From assembly GCA_951406725.2 (NCBI GenBank), contig OX597814.1, positions 145,390,001 through 145,454,000 of the forward strand: 64,000 nt of DNA. The letters run 5' to 3'. The stretch comes from Octopus vulgaris (Eukaryota). The notes under the pieces were generated by a model. It did not search any database. It saw only the letters and a program-made list of their open reading frames with translations, and had not been told where the DNA came from. Of this stretch, positions 26,471-40,786 are shown in pieces (the first letter of the stretch is position 1; the number at the start of each line of letters is the position of its first letter). Both the position numbers and the translations under genes were made by a program.

Positions 26471-27227
26471 CATATTAGCACCGTACATATTAGCATACGT
26501 TCATATTAGCACCTTAAGATTTGCATATATGTATATAGGAAGACGAATATAACGTATGAATCACGTTAAAGTTTATATTTTCCTTGAATATATCTCAGTT
26601 ATTCCAGGTGTGAAAAGTATATGTTGTTAAAATATGAACAGCATAAGAGTCCTCAGACAAATCCTTTACTCACTAGTATCTGAAATTCAAAGAGACTGCA
26701 AAAAGGGATATGAAGTGGAAAAGAATTGATCGTAATAAAAGGCAAATCGACCAGTATAGAGAAAGCTTATCAAGTTATGCCAAGCCATAAACAGCCACAG
26801 ACGCGATGACTGACTCTAGAAAATGATTAATGTGTGTAAAATCATATTTATGATGACCTCTAATCATATCAAAATATATCCGAAATTGCCATCATACTTA
26901 CCAAATATCTGTTCCACTTCCATTAATTTAAGTTCTGGTATTTCTGCCCAAACTTAAATACAATTATCGTCGCACTAACGTTTCTTTCGTCTCATTTCAA
27001 ATATAATTTTAATTCATCAAATTTATTTTACTTCACTACATTAAACATAGCTAACTCCATTTAACAATTGTTTTATAATGCAGAAGGACTTTTATAATAA
27101 TTTCGACCCATTATTTTTCATACACTGCAGCTCCCCCATCAGTGTACTCTATTTTCCACGGATACTTGTCTCATCGATAGAATTGATCTGAATATCTATC
27201 ACGTTGTTGATTGTTGCAGCATAGTTC

Positions 27228-27672
27228 GGATATTTTAGGTTTGAACGGCAGTTTTTTAACATAATTTCTAGGTAACTAAAAAATTTTAAACTTCGTATAC
27301 TGGTAGAATGTGTTTATAAAACATCTTTTTCTCTTGGCTTTGTTAAGAAAATTCTATAGTTTGTAAGATATTTGTTGTTTTTTTCTTCAATTTCTGCAAT
27401 TTCAACCAATCAATGACGTGTATTGAGGTTATAAGCATTATGTGCCGTATGAATATGGCCCTCGCTTAAGAAACAGATTGGGTTTATTTACATTTGTGAA
27501 GAAAAAAAGATACACTTCCCTCCACCCCTAACCCTAACCCTAAGCCTAACCCTAACTAACCCTAACCCTAAAATAGATTGAAATGCAATAGATCGATACT
27601 AGGGTCATAATTATGGGTGACAATTTCATATGACACCGCTAGAAAAAACTGCCGTTCAAACCGAAAAGATCC
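27228..27672. mobile_element. Non-autonomous DNA transposon (MITE) with internal (CCCTAA)n
   Basis: 30-bp TIRs GGATATTTTAGGTTTGAACGGCAGTTTTTT / AAAAAACTGCCGTTCAAACCGAAAAGATCC; possible TSD ATAGTT/ACAGTT. Confidence 0.85.
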
Positions 27673-28874
27673 CACAGTTCAAATGAATAATAGCAAATGT
27701 TCTCTGGTTTTCAGTATGGAATTTGTGCAAAGAAATTTTGTTTGTTCATTGTATTTCAAGTCATATGTAAATCTGATAATTATAAAATATCGTTTGAAAG
27801 TTTAATTTTAAATATATAGTAATATTTTATGTCAGGTAACAAAATAGAAACCAGTTATTCACAATATCCCTGAAGTCTTAAATGTCGAAATGAAAATGTC
27901 ATTGTAAATAAAAACAGAAATAATATTTTGCTATGGAATATTTAGGAAATATTCCTACAGATATAAAATTGTTCAATAAAGACGAATTTTTTATAGATAA
28001 ACAGAAAAGAACCCATCTGAATATGTTTATTCTTGTAATAGGAGTTGTATATTATTCTAAACTATATGAAAAAATTGCTTTATAAAGAAGTTAATATGTG
28101 TTGAAATTGTTGAACAAGTGAAGAGTTTTACATTTGTCATATTTTGGGTGAAAAAAAGCAAACTAAATGGATGAACGGAAATAACATTTAAAAATGTATA
28201 AATCAATAGGCTTTGAGTACTATACAGACAAATATATGAACTCGCTGCATGGAGTCCAAAAAGCGATTTAAATTCGCAGAAATAATTATGTGTGATAGAA
28301 TGACAGATCAGTTTACGGAAGAGCATTAATTTCATATCAACAAAGCGTGTAGAAATCACGCGAGCTTCCCAAATTGTCGTATAATATAAAATATAATACT
28401 TGAAAAACAATCATATTGCCTTTGTGCATCAAAAGCAGTTATATATTTTCAAATTAACAATATGAAGCTGGTGTTCATTACAATTTCACTATATGATTGT
28501 AACTTTACTGCTGTGTCTTCAATAGTTACTTCGTGTGATACAATTATAAAACGAAAGATGAAAAAAATAAAAGAAAAATGAAAAGAAAAAAGAAAATGGA
28601 AAACCCACAGAAGCTAGCGAAAAACAGATAAATATACACCTTTGAAAATTATATTCAGATTTAGATGAAGGTAGCCAACATATAATTTAAATTGACATAA
28701 ATATATTTTATATAAGACGGCTAATTTAGAAATTGAAGGTATCATATGAGAAAATATACATATGCAGGTCATTATCTCTCAAGGGTGTAGGGCTATGAAT
28801 TCGTCATGCAACAAATAATGTGATTTCTGGGCGACAAATATACATATGTATGCATCTATGTATGTACAAAGGTA

Positions 28875-28906
<32 letters not shown>

Positions 28907-29070
28907 TATGTTTGTGTATTGATCAATATTTAGATATTTCTGTATACTTGTGAGAGTGTGAGTGGGTCACTATACTGTATCACTGTACATATATACACAC
29001 ATACACACACACACGGCACTCGAAAGCAAAAAGCAGAACATAAATATTAAAACACACACACACACACAGA

Positions 29071-29124
<54 letters not shown>

Positions 29125-29707
29125 AACACACACACACACAACACACTCTAATATTGTTCTGTTATTTCCAGGTTTCCATTTAGTATTTATAATGGTTTCT
29201 GATTTAGGCAGAAGGCTAGAAATCTTTAAGGAGAATGTTTAGTCGATGCCATTAACTCTAGTACTTCGGTGGTACTTAATTCTATCGGCATGGAGTGATA
29301 GAAGGTAAACTTGACCTCAGCAACATTTGAAACGAGAGCACAATGAGCCTGCAGAAATAATGTGTATCATTTTCTTCCGTTGCTGTTAAATCCCATGACA
29401 TGTTGTACCATGCCGGGGATAGAATTTGGGAGTTTTCTCATAAGAAAACCCCGAAAATATTGAAAGCAGAGGAAATATTAAGTGATATCTGGTGACCATA
29501 AATTCTAACTGCTCAGATATTCGCAATTGACAAGAGAATCTATAAAATGAATTAATAGCAAATCACAGAAATGAGATTCACGAGTAATTATAGTAAACAA
29601 ATACACAAATATAACTGACTTTTGACTATCATTTTAAGTATGATTTTAACAAAGCTTAACTGAGGATTGATAATAGGATAAATAAAGATAGGTACAGCCA
29701 CAGGAAA

Positions 29708-29776
<69 letters not shown>

Positions 29777-29819
29777 CATGTTCTTCGTACAAGTAGGACT
29801 AACATGCGCACATATGCAC

Positions 29820-30110
29820 ACGCAACAAACATACACGAGTGAGTAAACAAACTGATATTATTGTGAAGTTGGGGACAAACACAAAAACACACACACACAC
29901 ACACAAATATGTATATGTATGTGTGTGTGTGTGTGTGTATACGTGTGCGTACACCAAGCTTCTTAGTTTGCTTCTACCAAATCTGTTCACAACGCATTTG
30001 CCAGGGTCAGAGTAGAAGACACTTGCCCTTGCCCAAGGTGCACAATGGGACTGACTCCAGAACGATCTGGTTGGGAAGTAAACTTCTTTAGAAAAACCAC
30101 ACCTGCACAT
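29820..30110 (-). mobile_element. SINE family A, decayed
   Basis: AGTAGAAGACACTTGCC..CCCAAGGTGC..TGGTTGGGAAGTAAACTTCTT matches the family A reverse complement. Confidence 0.8.
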
Positions 30111-30706
30111 ATATGCATATAAATATATATATGTGTTTACATATATATACATACATAAATATATTTGTATGTGTGTATGTATATAGGAGTGTATATATAT
30201 ATTAGTATGCATATACATACACACTTACTTACATTCACACACACACACACGCACGCACATATATTCCACACTTTTTTCTCAATTTCATAGATGTGAGCCA
30301 CTTTTAGGAAGTTTTGGAAAGTAAATAAGTTGCAGTAGATTTCTCGAATTGCGGCTGCTTTCGTTATTATCGTTATTAACCATGGCCTGTATAATAGTTG
30401 TGACCATGAAATACATGTATTCTATACATACGTACATATATACATACATACAAACATACATACATGCATATATATATATATATATACAGAGAGAGAGAGA
30501 AAAATGAGATAGATATGTAAATTCACATACAATATATATATATACTCAGAGAGACACACACATATACACACACACATTCTCATATATATATGTATGTGTG
30601 TGTGTTTATGCGTACATATCGATGTGTGGGGGTGCGGTTGTTATATTTCTGTTCATGATCCATTGTTATTTTTCTAGTGTCTATTCGTTTCATTCGATTG
30701 TTTTCT

Positions 30707-30790
<84 letters not shown>

Positions 30791-31791
30791 TATGTATATA
30801 TATATAATTCCTGTATGATATTCCGTATGCAACGTAATTTAATTACTCACTGCTACAGAAGTTTAAAGGAAAATCATTACCAACTACAGACCACAACCAA
30901 ATTCTTTTCTTTCATCTATTTCTATTTTATGTCTTTTTCTCCCACTCTTTCTTTCCTTTTGTATTTCTTATTTACCAACATCCTCTGCCACTGCTATCAC
31001 CACCATCGCCACCATTCACCGCCATCAACGCCACCGCCGCCAACGTCATCAAACGCACTACTATTATCCTTTGTATCCTCGTTAATACCATCATCTTCAT
31101 CAGCATCATCTTTCATTTTCTTGTTTTTCTACCGTTGTTTTTATACTTGTGCTCTTAGTCATCAGTTATCTTGTTTTGGCTCTCAATATTTAACAGAACA
31201 CTCAATCCTCATCAAGGCCACAAAATACATGAAAAACGCTAAAGCAAAAATCGAAAAAAAAACTTATTTACATCGATACTAGCAACATGAAGAACATCAG
31301 AAGCAAACATCAACAGTCCTGTTAATATCCAGCATCATTCTCGTTCAACAGCAACAACAACAACTGCAATAACAAGGTTAAAATCGACATTGTCTTTATT
31401 TTCTTCATAATATACATCACATAAAATAACACAAAATATATTACAAAACGCAAAAAGGAAAAAAAAAAAAAAAAAAAAAAATTTTAATGATGAACATCCA
31501 GCAAGGAAACCTCTGTGGGGTCAGAAGTAACAGTTGGGTCAGTTTGCTGTAGTAATTTGCCGTCTTATAAATAGAATGACACATTGAATAATATAGTCTT
31601 CGATATACAATGTAGGCAAACGTGATGTCAAAGTCACGCCTAAATTTCGATTATAGGTTGTTTTATCGAGTTCCGCGGGTTAACAAACACAAAATCAACA
31701 GCTGCAAAAGTAACAACGAAAAATACATTATTGCTGCTACATGGGAGAGACCCTACATCTTAATCAACCTGCTACAGCTAGCATCTACATC

Positions 31792-32024
31792 CTTTTCTTT
31801 ACTACCCACAAGGGGCTAAACACAGGGAGGACAAACAAGGACAGCTAAACGAATTAAGTCGATTATATCGACCCCAGTGCGTAACTGGTACTTAATTTAT
31901 CGACCCCGAAAGGATGAAAGGCAAAGTCGACCTCGGCGGAATTTGAACTTGGAATGTAACGGCAGACGAAATACGGCTACGCATTTCGCCCGGCGTGCTA
32001 ACGGTTCTGCCAGCTCGCCGCCTT
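31792..32024 (-). mobile_element. SINE family D monomer with 18-bp target site duplication
   Basis: Young copy; TSD ACAGCTAGCATCTACATC (31774-31791) / ACAGCTAGCAGCTATATC (32026-32043). Confidence 0.92.
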
Positions 32025-33129
32025 AACAGCTAGCAGCTATATCACCTGCATGTTACAACCTGTCATACCAAAAAAAAAAAAAAAAGGATTGCTAGATTAT
32101 AAAATATTAATTCTGATATAACAATAGATAGAACATTTTACTAAAACTAAAGCTGCAACATAGACAACACATGCGAGCTCACGTGGCACCCTCTGCGCCG
32201 TCTCTGGCCATCTTGCTAGAAATAGCGACCAAATCTTTGGTGGTGCCTTAGGTCAATAGAATTATTTATTTCTAAAATTGAATTATGAGATAAAAACCAA
32301 AACTAGATGAATGTTCAGTAGCAGGGCATACTTAATCACAGTTCTCGTCAATCATCTCTGACCAATTGTTAATCAACAGTAAGAAAATAGACCGAGGCAA
32401 TGAGAAAGAGCTTATGTGGTTGCTCGATCTGCAAGAAAGCATCCAAATCTTCCTGAAATTACATTCTACAGTCTTCAAAGTAAGGAAGTTGACTCTGGAT
32501 AATGTAGTCGTAGCTGCAAATAAATACATTGTATCCACAGTTGAAACGTCTTTGACCATAAATTTGTTCGACCAAGATTCACCTACAGCTAATTCACAAA
32601 CACAAAGACAACAAAACCAAAAGAAAAAGCGGTAATGCAGCAACAATAACAACAACGCTATATAAACGTCAACCACATTGTCATTATTCATCTCATGGCG
32701 TTGTAGTTTACATCTCTCACAACAATAGGTAACAGTATATTCCAATAAAAGATCAGTTCAGTCGAAAGTGATAAATCATTTAAGAACATCACTAAGTTTT
32801 CTCAACACGACATAGTGTTCGCCCATAACGACATATAGTGATTTATCAGTTCAAAGTAAAAGGAAAACTCAAAAACAAAAATACATTACTATCAATATCT
32901 ATCACTTAGAAGAACAGAAATAGCAACTAAAAACAAAAATAATAACTGAAAAGCTATAAGAAGGTATGTAACGATAATGAAAACGGCAGCAAAAATACTC
33001 AAAAGAAATGAAGAGACATCAAACGACTACACTGCGAAGCTGCCATGCTGATGACATCTATTGCGGCAGAAATACGTATGCTGTCTTCTTGTCTCTAGAT
33101 AATTAGGTTGTCTTCTCTGTAATAGCATA

Positions 33130-33640
33130 TCAATTTTGAAATCGTTATTTTTCATTCAGATTAACTTCCATTCAAATTTGGAGATGATCCTACCTAACTG
33201 CCGCCAAGCAATTGTTCTACAATCCCTAGAAGAGGAAATAATTTCCACAAATCAGAAGCTACCTATTGCTGAAAAGACCCTTTTCAATTCATGCATCATG
33301 CTGTGTCTGATATGCCACTGATCTATGCTTATTTTAAATCCATAAGCAACTAACAAACTTTCCAATGTAAATTTTCTTGATGAAAATATTGACCAACAGC
33401 TTACTTTGCGGAAAACAACAAACATATGGACTAAATCCAGCATAAAAATTAACCAATAAAATGCGACAAATTTCTGTTATGCTGACATCAAGATTGTACT
33501 AGCCAATCAAGCAGGATCAGACATGATACTAGATTATTCGTAACCTCAGATAGTCAGCTTAATTCCATAACTAGTACTGTCAATCAAATTTGAAGAGCTA
33601 TCACACAAACGATGTGCGTTAAACACCCACAAGATAAATA
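33130..33640 (+). pseudogene. Highly decayed RTE-type reverse transcriptase fragment
   Basis: TIPRRGN (PIPKKG-like) and IKINQ*NATNFCYADIKIVLA (GIKING..NLRYADD.VL-like). Confidence 0.5.
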
Positions 33641-34541
33641 GTTTAAAACTATACGGTATAGTACTTGCACTCTCCAATTTAAGCTACTTTTGAAAATCAC
33701 AAAATTGTGAAACCGGCACGATAGTTATAAATATATTTTCTTAAAGAAAATGTGCTTAAAATGCAATTCCAACTTCTAATAATTTACACACATACACACA
33801 CACACACGCAGACACACACACACACTCAAACAAACACTCAAACACACGCGCGCACCCACAGGCACACATATATAAGGATAATATCGTTATTTAAATATCA
33901 AACTTATCAAGTGGCCAGCATGGGAATAAAAACCTTCAAAGGTAATAATTATTATTAAAATTATAGTTTAAGGTATCTAAGAGATACCACCACGCTTGAA
34001 ATAGCAGCCAAAACTTGACTCTAAAACCACATTAAAATTTCATACAGCACCAGGAGAGAAGACATATATATATATAGTAAGAAAAGGGAGGAGGAGTATT
34101 TCGATTGTCCCCACGTGGTGAATTATGAAAATACATATCTAAAATAAGGGGAAGAAAATGAACACTGTTTACAAAGTTTTAATGTCTTTTAATATATTTC
34201 ATAAGTGAAAGATTATAGGTTGTCGACCGGTGTTGCTGTCTCTGATCACGATATTAAAGTTATTGTGATTTCGTATTTTCTTAAGGAGATACGAAATTAC
34301 AATGATTTCAATGTCAGGATTAGCCCGAAATCAAAACCGGTCAACAAAAAATACTCTTTCATACTCTTTCACTAATGAAATACATATTAAAAATACATCA
34401 AAACCATGTAAACTGTGTGCAATATCCTTTTTTTATTATATATATATATACACGGAAATATCACAAAAAAACCCCAAAAAGACGAAGACAAGTGGTGTAG
34501 ACAGCAAATAGATGTATTAATATAACGCTCGGGAAGTGAAA

Positions 34542-34582
34542 GTCTTCAACGTTTCGAGCCTACACTCTACAACAGAAAGGAA
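34542..34582 (-). ncRNA. Minimal hammerhead-like motif, variant core
   Basis: CTTT-CTGTTGT-A-GAGT gtag GCTC-GAAA-CG-TT-GAAG; homologues at 58235-58274 and 61688-61726. Confidence 0.55.
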
Positions 34583-35511
34583 CACAGAAAGAAACAAGGA
34601 GAGAAAATAAAGAATGTATTGTAGCTAGCGATCTATCATGGCGAAGGCCGGACAGAAAGGTCACACAGGAGAGCTAAGGAGAAGGGGAGATAACAAAGTG
34701 GTGGTGATCCCAAAATGAGGGTGCGCGTGCGTAGGTATACGAGAGTTGTATGTGTGTGTGGAAGAGGGCTAGTGATCTTGACGTGTGTGTATGCGTATGT
34801 GTATGTGTGAAGATATGGGTCTGGGAAGTGGTCAATGCTGATGTGTGCTGATGTGGGGTAGAAAGGGCTCCTTAGCTGTAGTGAAGGCAATCTATCTAGG
34901 GAGATAACCTTACAATAAATCACTGGGTCCGTAGCTTAGAAATACTGGGTTGACGTCCAGCGGGAACAGCTTTGTTTCATGGAGGAGGAAAGATCTTCTT
35001 TAGTACTTGGTTGTACAATGCTTTCCAATGCGTGTAGTAGTGGCGCGCGCACACATTATTAGCCATTTGAAAAGAATATGAAAGTCTCGACCACGGTCGA
35101 ACAATGATGATGATGATGATGTGCATGGTCGTGGCTTGTGATGTGATGTGTGGTATGGTGGTGTAAGGTGTAGTGGGGTGTGGGTTAGGCTGAAGGTGGT
35201 AGTAGAGGTGGGGGTGGGTAGCGGTGGGTGAGTTTAAAGTTAAGGTTAGGTGGGTAAGGGTGTAAGGGGTGGGTTGGCATGGGATGGGGAAGGATAGGGA
35301 AGGTGGGGCTGGAATGTGTACGGGTGGGGTGGGCTTGCAAAGGAGGGGTGACGAGGAAAGGAGGAAGAAGAAGTTGGTAGAAGTGAAGAGAAAAAAGGTG
35401 GGTAGGAGTGAAGAGAAGAAAGGAGAGTAGGAGTGAAGGGAAGTGAAGGGTAGAAGTAAAAGTCGGCGTAAGAGGAGAGGTGGGTTGGAAGATGTAGGCG
35501 TGAGGAAGAGG

Positions 35512-35616
35512 CAAGGGAAGAGAGTTGAGCCCATGTGGGGCAAAAGAACGCAGAGAGAAGATTAATACCTGTTTACGGCGCAAGCGGGAGTCCGGATGGC
35601 CCCTATGCAAGGACAT
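35512..35616 (-). pseudogene. Penelope GIY-YIG endonuclease C-terminal remnant
   Basis: MSLHRGHPDSRLRRKQVLIFSLRSFAPHGLNSLP within ORF 35185-35652. Confidence 0.75.
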
Positions 35617-35621
35617 ATAGT

Positions 35622-35757
35622 CTTTCAGTTTCCGTCTACGAAACCCATTCACAAGGCTATGGTTAGCCTGAAGCTATAGTAGAAGACAACTGTCTAAGAC
35701 AGAGCCTGGAAACATGTGGTTGGGAAGAAAGATTCTTATTACACAGTCACGCCTGCA
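35622..35757 (-). mobile_element. SINE family A 5' part
   Basis: TTTCAGTTTCCGTCTAC..TATAGTAGAAGAC..ATGTGGTTGGGAAG..CACGCCTGC. Confidence 0.8.
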
Positions 35758-35776
35758 CATTGTATAATATAATGTA

Positions 35777-35846
<70 letters not shown>

Positions 35847-37104
35847 TATATAAATATAGATATAATACATATATATATATATCTTATATATAGATAAGAT
35901 ATATATAATATATATATGATATATATATATATAATATATATATAAAATATATACATATATCATATATATATAAATAATATATATATAATATATATAATAT
36001 ATACATGATATATATATATATAATATATATAACATATAAGATATATATATATATTATATTATAATGATAAGAGTAAATAATTTCTATAAAGGCTTTTAAA
36101 AAAACCCCAATTATTTACTGGTAGAATTCGGTATGTAAATATAGCCGATTACCGGCAGGAACTTCTGTAAAGTTCAGTATATATATTGTATATAAGAAAA
36201 AGGGACAGGCAAAACAGGTTGCTTGACCGCATACCGAAAAAATAGAAATAGCAGTCAAGAATGCTTATTTCTATCAAAGTTGGAGTCCAACTTTGATAGA
36301 AATATATATTATATTATATAGATATATATAGATATGTAATATATATATATATCTTATATATAGATAAGATATATATACCATATATATAATATATATATAT
36401 ATATATAATATATATAAAACATATACATATATCATATACATATATATATAAATAATATATATATATAAAATATATAATATATATATGATATATATATATA
36501 TAATATATAAGATATATATATAATATATATATAATATATAATATATACATATAATATATATATATATATAATATATATATAATCTATATATAATATATAT
36601 ACATAAGATCATATGTATCTATAATATATATATATATATATTGATGACTTCTCCGTCTTCTTTGTATGGAAAAGTAAAGCAGCTGAACGAAGAAATGTCG
36701 ATCATAGAAGTTAATTATGTATTATAAAGTCACACTGGAATTTCATTTTCAGTTTCAGTCAAGATTCTGTTCAATCAGAATAATTTGGTTAATCCTCTGG
36801 GTTTTTGATTATTAGACAGTTTAATCTGGCAGGTACATACGCAGACACTTATACACACACATACAGACACACACACACATGAAGATAAACACAGCACAAA
36901 TGGCATATTTCACGGATTTACACATGAATGAATGTACTTCAAAGTATCTACCTATGTATGTCTATTTCTGCATACACATATATGCTTTCATATGTATATA
37001 CATATTGTATGCAAATATGTGTACATGCACATACTCACACTCAATATATACACATACATGCATATATTTATATATGCTATTGTGTGTGTACATACATATA
37101 CATA

Positions 37105-37154
<50 letters not shown>

Positions 37155-37715
37155 TATGTGTTCGTTTGTGTGTTAATATATGTATCTTTTACATATACAA
37201 ACTTAGGCCCATAGAAGCATACCCTAATCTTCGTGACTAATGTATATTCCATAATCAAATTATATTAGCACAAAGAGAGTGAATAATAACCCGAACAAAT
37301 ATAGCATAAATATAGTTACTCATGAAAAGATTTCAGTCATTAAAGGAGAAAATATAGTTTGAATATCACTCACAAAATAAACATAATAGAATGTGATGTG
37401 ATAGTGTCTTGCGGCTTATCTATTTACTCGCCAAAATCTATTGAAAATCTCGCAATTATCGAGAAAATATGTCCTCAATTGTACGAAAATATCTGTTGAT
37501 AAAGGAAAGCGACCACTAACAAGTACTAAAATGTTATAATTACCACGAATATATTCTTCTATTGTTGTCAGTGTTATGTCGCATAAATAGTATTATTTTG
37601 TTTCCAGTGAATATGTTACACACACAAATATATTATTTACAAGTTACTGCATTTCGTCTTTCTCTCTCTCTCTCTCTCTGTAAAAAATATATATATATAT
37701 ATAAATATATGTATG

Positions 37716-37763
<48 letters not shown>

Positions 37764-37768
37764 TTTAC

Positions 37769-37804
<36 letters not shown>

Positions 37805-37835
37805 ATTTATATATGTATATATATATATATATAAG

Positions 37836-37866
<31 letters not shown>

Positions 37867-37873
37867 GTATATA

Positions 37874-37953
<80 letters not shown>

Positions 37954-40391
37954 CAGTTCTGTTATGAAAATATGTTCAGATTTCTTTCTTTCTTTCTTCT
38001 TGTTTCTCCTTCCTCCTTTCTACCTCTTCCTTCTCCTTCACCTCTTTCGTTCTCTTGCGGAGAACATGATGGAGGGACGGATTCGAGGTATTTAATTGAG
38101 TTCTCAGTTCAAAACATTCACAGTTCCGGTGTCAGCAAAAACTAATTTCTTGGACCTCTCGTATGACTATCCCCTCCCTCAAATTTGAGATATTTTACCA
38201 ATGATAGACCTGAATATTCTTCTATTACTGATAACGTAATTGTAATGCGATGTTTGAATAGACTGCCCTGCGGTATTTGTTCTGTTCACTGACTTCAAAT
38301 ATCACCGAAATCAGCTATCGGGGCTGATGAAAATGTACCAACGGAGGGAGGGTAAGCTACCATAGGTTATATTCTTATACCGCAGATAGAAACTCACTTG
38401 CTGTCTCTTTCCCTTTAAAGGGCTCGATAAACTATTGCCGTGTAAGTTTTTTTTTTTTTTTTTTTTTTCACTTTCCGAGTTTGGCTATATCTGTGATGTT
38501 AGAATTTTGTGTCGAAATTCTGCCGTAGTCGGAACGATAATGCGTGTACCAAGCATATACAGAGGTTTATTCTTTTGACATTTAATGGTATATTATGAAG
38601 AATAATTGATGTTTCCAAGTCACTTCTATGTCCTGTAAGGAGAAAGAAATAGCCGCTGCTAATTTTGGGATTTAACGTTTGCAGGTAGACGTTTCTCGAA
38701 AGGAAAAACAGAAAGAGAGGGACTTTCAGAATTAATCCAATATTGAAAACTATGTTTAGGAAGAGATTTGAGATGTGAGATGGATGACCAAAAGGAAGCG
38801 AAAACATTGTGAGGTTTAAATGAAGCAGTACAAATGTAGTTGAAGTGTAAAACGGAGTTTACAGTAGGTCACCGTAGATACTGGACTGTTTTGACACTAT
38901 GAGTTGTCAATGGGTTGGATTGCTTTCGTTTGGATGCTATCTGTACGCCACCTGTACCACTTTCTTATACTTTTGAGGTTTCTTCAATAATCCTAAATCC
39001 CTATTTGTAAATCTTTAGATCAGTATTAGCGAAGTGGTAATTTTTGTTCACGAAACGCATCGATGATTTCCTTTCAAAGTTTAGAAAAAGAGGATTAACT
39101 TCTTTTGTGAATTCAGTTAAGAAAAAAATCCCAAACACTTTGATTTTTGATTTAATAGAAATTTTATCCTCTGGGGTTTTATATCTGCAGGATATTCGAT
39201 TTTTATGCCCTTCGACATTAAGGGTTATTTCCTATTTGCTTCTATCTAGAAATCAAAGGAAATGAATATTATTTCCATCGAACTTTGGTTTTATGACCTG
39301 GACATCAGTGCTTTGAAACTGACTTATTTTCATTACATGTCAGACAGATTCAGCACTGAGATGCTAAAGCAGAAATATCGTTGTAGCAAATATTCTGCTC
39401 AATGCCAGAAATATGCTTGTCACTTTCTTGGCCAAAACCATTTGAGCAAGTCCCTTACTGGCCGACAATATCTGAATCTCTGATCATGGGCAAGAGTATT
39501 GGGAAATCATTATAATCATGTTTTGAGAGGGATTCTTTGGGATTTGAAAAAGAAATGTAACAAAAGTAAAGTTTGAAGGAAATAGCAGCTTTTCATGCAT
39601 TCTAGAAGTAAGAAAATCGGAAATAAAAGTTGCTACCCAAGGAAAAAAATCGTGTTACAGTCTAATACATTGGTGGTTCTGTTAAAGTGTAATGGAAGAG
39701 TCAAATCAGTTGGGTTACTCTACTACATTTCAAATTCACTATACGAACTCACAATAAAGGGGTGGGGGCGTCGGAAAAATGCTTTGCGATATTTTTTTCG
39801 ACTCTTTGCATTCTGAATTCAAATCTCGCCGAGGTCATCGTTGGTTTTATCCTTTCGCGGTTGATAAAATAAGTGATCAAATAAGTGCCAATTAAGTACT
39901 GGAGTCAATGTAACCGACTTCACTCCACTCAAAAAAAAAAAAAAAAATTACTGGCTTTGTACGAATATTGGAAACGAAACTACTACATTTGAAGTCACGT
40001 CACTAATTTAACTGCAAAATCTACATATTTGACAATCATTATATGTTGATTCAGCAAATAAATATTTATCTCTTCCATCAATGGTAGTCAAATTGTATAA
40101 ATAGAGGTGTTTGTTTAAAATATAATACTGTAGACATACTGCCTCGTCTATCAATATTGTTTCATCTATTAACTGAATTCAGGCTTTGCTAGAAATCAAT
40201 ATTCGTATTTATAACCCTTTCGGTATGGGGTCGTTAATAAGCGATTTTCCGAATGTATACCGAGAAATCAAAATTATAAAATTAAAGATTCCAAATATCA
40301 TATCACTTTTCGAAAACAATTATATGCATTCAATTTCAGTTTAATATTAATTTTTCAACATTTTAAATCAGGATAACATTCATAAATATTA

Positions 40392-40786
40392 GCTTCCAAT
40401 TTTGGTACAAGGCCAGCAATTTCGGGGAAGACGTAAGTCGATTATATCGAGCCCCAGTGCGTAACAGGTACTTATTTAATCGACCCCGAAAGGATGAAAG
40501 GCAAAGTCGACCTCGGCGTAATTTGAACTCAGAACGTAGCGGCAGACGTATGCCTATTTCTTTACTACCCACAAGGGGCTAAACACAGAGGGGACAAACA
40601 AGGACAGACAAACAGATTAAGTCGATTATATCGACCCCAGTGCGTAACTGGTACTTAATTTATCGACCCCGAAAGGATGAAAGGCAAAGTCGACCTCGGC
40701 GGCATTTGAACTCAGAACGTAACGGCAGACGAAATAAGGCTAGGCATTTCGCCCGGCGTGCTAACGTTTCTGCCATCTCGCCGCCT
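40392..40786 (-). mobile_element. SINE family D dimer with 18-bp target site duplication
   Basis: Two units, second headless; flanks TAACATTCATAAATATTA (40374-40391) / TAACATGCAGAAATAGTA (40787-40804). Confidence 0.9.

Larger units (their letters stand above)
34451..35616 (-). mobile_element. 5'-truncated Penelope-like element (GIY-YIG C-terminus, pyrimidine-rich 3' region, pseudo-LTR)
   Basis: RLRRKQVLIFSLRSFAPHGLN matches the PLE endonuclease C-terminal pattern R..E..LIF.L.T..P.GLN; HHR-like motif near the 3' end; 3' end abuts (TA)n. Confidence 0.8.

Noticed and set aside
27526-27571. True telomere or chromosome-fusion scar
   Set aside because: Short, single orientation and internal to a TIR element present twice
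32332-32745. 137-aa ORF or possible host exon
   Set aside because: No recognisable domain; another frame weakly resembles a decayed LINE endonuclease; cannot be supported
33042-33085. CTGATGA..GAAA hammerhead match
   Set aside because: No credible stem II or stem I; likely chance
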